DNA of 63,579 nt, counting the filler, from Octopus bimaculoides (Eukaryota): NCBI RefSeq assembly GCF_001194135.2. It is 5 parts of 4 records of this genome, joined end to end, with 100 filler letters (N's around TTAATTAATTAA, not from the genome) between each part and the next. Parts side by side here need not be neighbours in the genome. Positions count along the whole stretch, not along the records: positions 60,009 to 63,579 come from NC_068982.1; 4 more parts are not named here. The stretch is one strand, 5' to 3'. The translations under genes and the position numbers were made by a program. Positions 62,401 to 63,579 of this stretch are shown piece after piece (within the stretch, counting starts at the first letter, position 1; every line of letters begins with the position of its first letter). Below the pieces are notes generated by a model that saw only the letters and a list, made by a program, of their open reading frames with translations, did not search any database and was not told where the DNA came from.

Positions 62401-63579
62401 AAATTTTTGCCATACTTTCAGATTTTCCCTGTTCAGTGCTGCCTTTAAATACACAGCATGTAGTTGGCTTTTCACATAGAGAGAAAATTTTTTTTATTGC
62501 CAAGCAGAGTAATAGTTCCCTGAACTTCTGCTGACCAACTTTATATTTTTATTACTCTAGCAACAATACTTCATTAAAACTACCTCCAGCACAAATTTTG
62601 TCAGTAAGGTAGTAGAAAATTTATACGACACCTAGCAAGGCGTTAGAATAGTTCATGAGCTTCATTTAACATCCATATTAAAAATATAAAATTCTGCTGT
62701 TATTTCCCTTTAGGTTTGTTTATCTTAAATACACTTTAAATGTACTGCTTTCACTAATGTACAGATATAACAGATGAAAATCAAAACATAAAGCAAAATT
62801 TCTTCCTGCAATATTTTACCTGTGGCCAAAAAACAAAAAAAAACAAAAAATTAAGGTCTTGGTGTATGAAGAGTTAATAAACGATGGGGAGATTTTGCTA
62901 AAGATTATTCAGAAGACATATCTCACCTAGACTATAGCAGGAAAGAAAACAAAATCAAATATCTACCCTACTGTTGAAAAAGATTACAAATCTATTGGAT
63001 TGTTGAAATAATGTACAATAAATAAATATATATAAAATAAACTCTAAAAACACACTAAATTTATCTTCACGGTTCAGGAGAATAATTTTATTTCACCTCT
63101 TGTTTCAACATTCTGTTTAATATCTTTTCTCTCTATTCTAGCACTAATGTAAGAATTGTCTTCAACATTACAGATTTGTGCCGTCAGTTTGAAACAAAGA
63201 ATGGAAAATATTTTAATATATACTTACAATTTCTCTCTAACCCAGAGAATACAATTAATAAAGAATGTCTCTGTGAACAAGGAAGAGAAGACAAAATAAA
63301 AAAAAAAAAAAGAAATTCAATGTTTTAAACTGACAATGATAAACTCAACATTTCTAGAATTGATGATTTTTTTTTTTCTTTTAAATCTAACACCAGGCAT
63401 CAAATTCTTTAACAGATGCCAAAAGTGACAAAATGTAAAAGTTTTTGCTATCTCCCCAATCATTACTACTTTTCACTGTATATGTATGACTTTGTGTGTA
63501 TTTATGTGTGTGTGTGTATGTATAAATGTATCATCTGTCTCTCTGTATCTATACCTACCTATCTGACTCTCCCTCTCTC

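Overview
AT-rich eukaryotic (animal) genomic DNA with many N gaps and microsatellites. The SINE/LINE content and zinc-finger style suggest a coleoid cephalopod, probably Octopus (inference). One clear protein-coding gene is present: a single-exon, 573-aa, 19-finger C2H2 zinc-finger ORF (20108-21829, +) with no recognisable effector domain. It has an internal 504-bp (6-finger) duplication and decayed extra fingers in its 3' UTR. The rest is mainly transposon debris: several tRNA-derived SINE families (nested, tandem, chimeric), young and old RTE LINE ends, R4/Dong-like, Tx1/L1-like and CR1/L2-group LINE fragments, several Tc1/mariner remnants and a hAT 3' half. The most unusual structures are: a cluster of long fold-back (inverted-repeat) elements 2.8-5 kb upstream of the ZNF ORF plus a 38-bp-stem hairpin downstream of it; a composite of two different Tc1/mariner 3' ends fused back-to-back with similar TIRs; a SINE copied together with its flank; and CpG-rich versus CpG-poor domains that may mark a divergent promoter and a second, minus-strand gene. 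No rRNA, true tRNA or CRISPR was found. All work was by eye; no database search was run.
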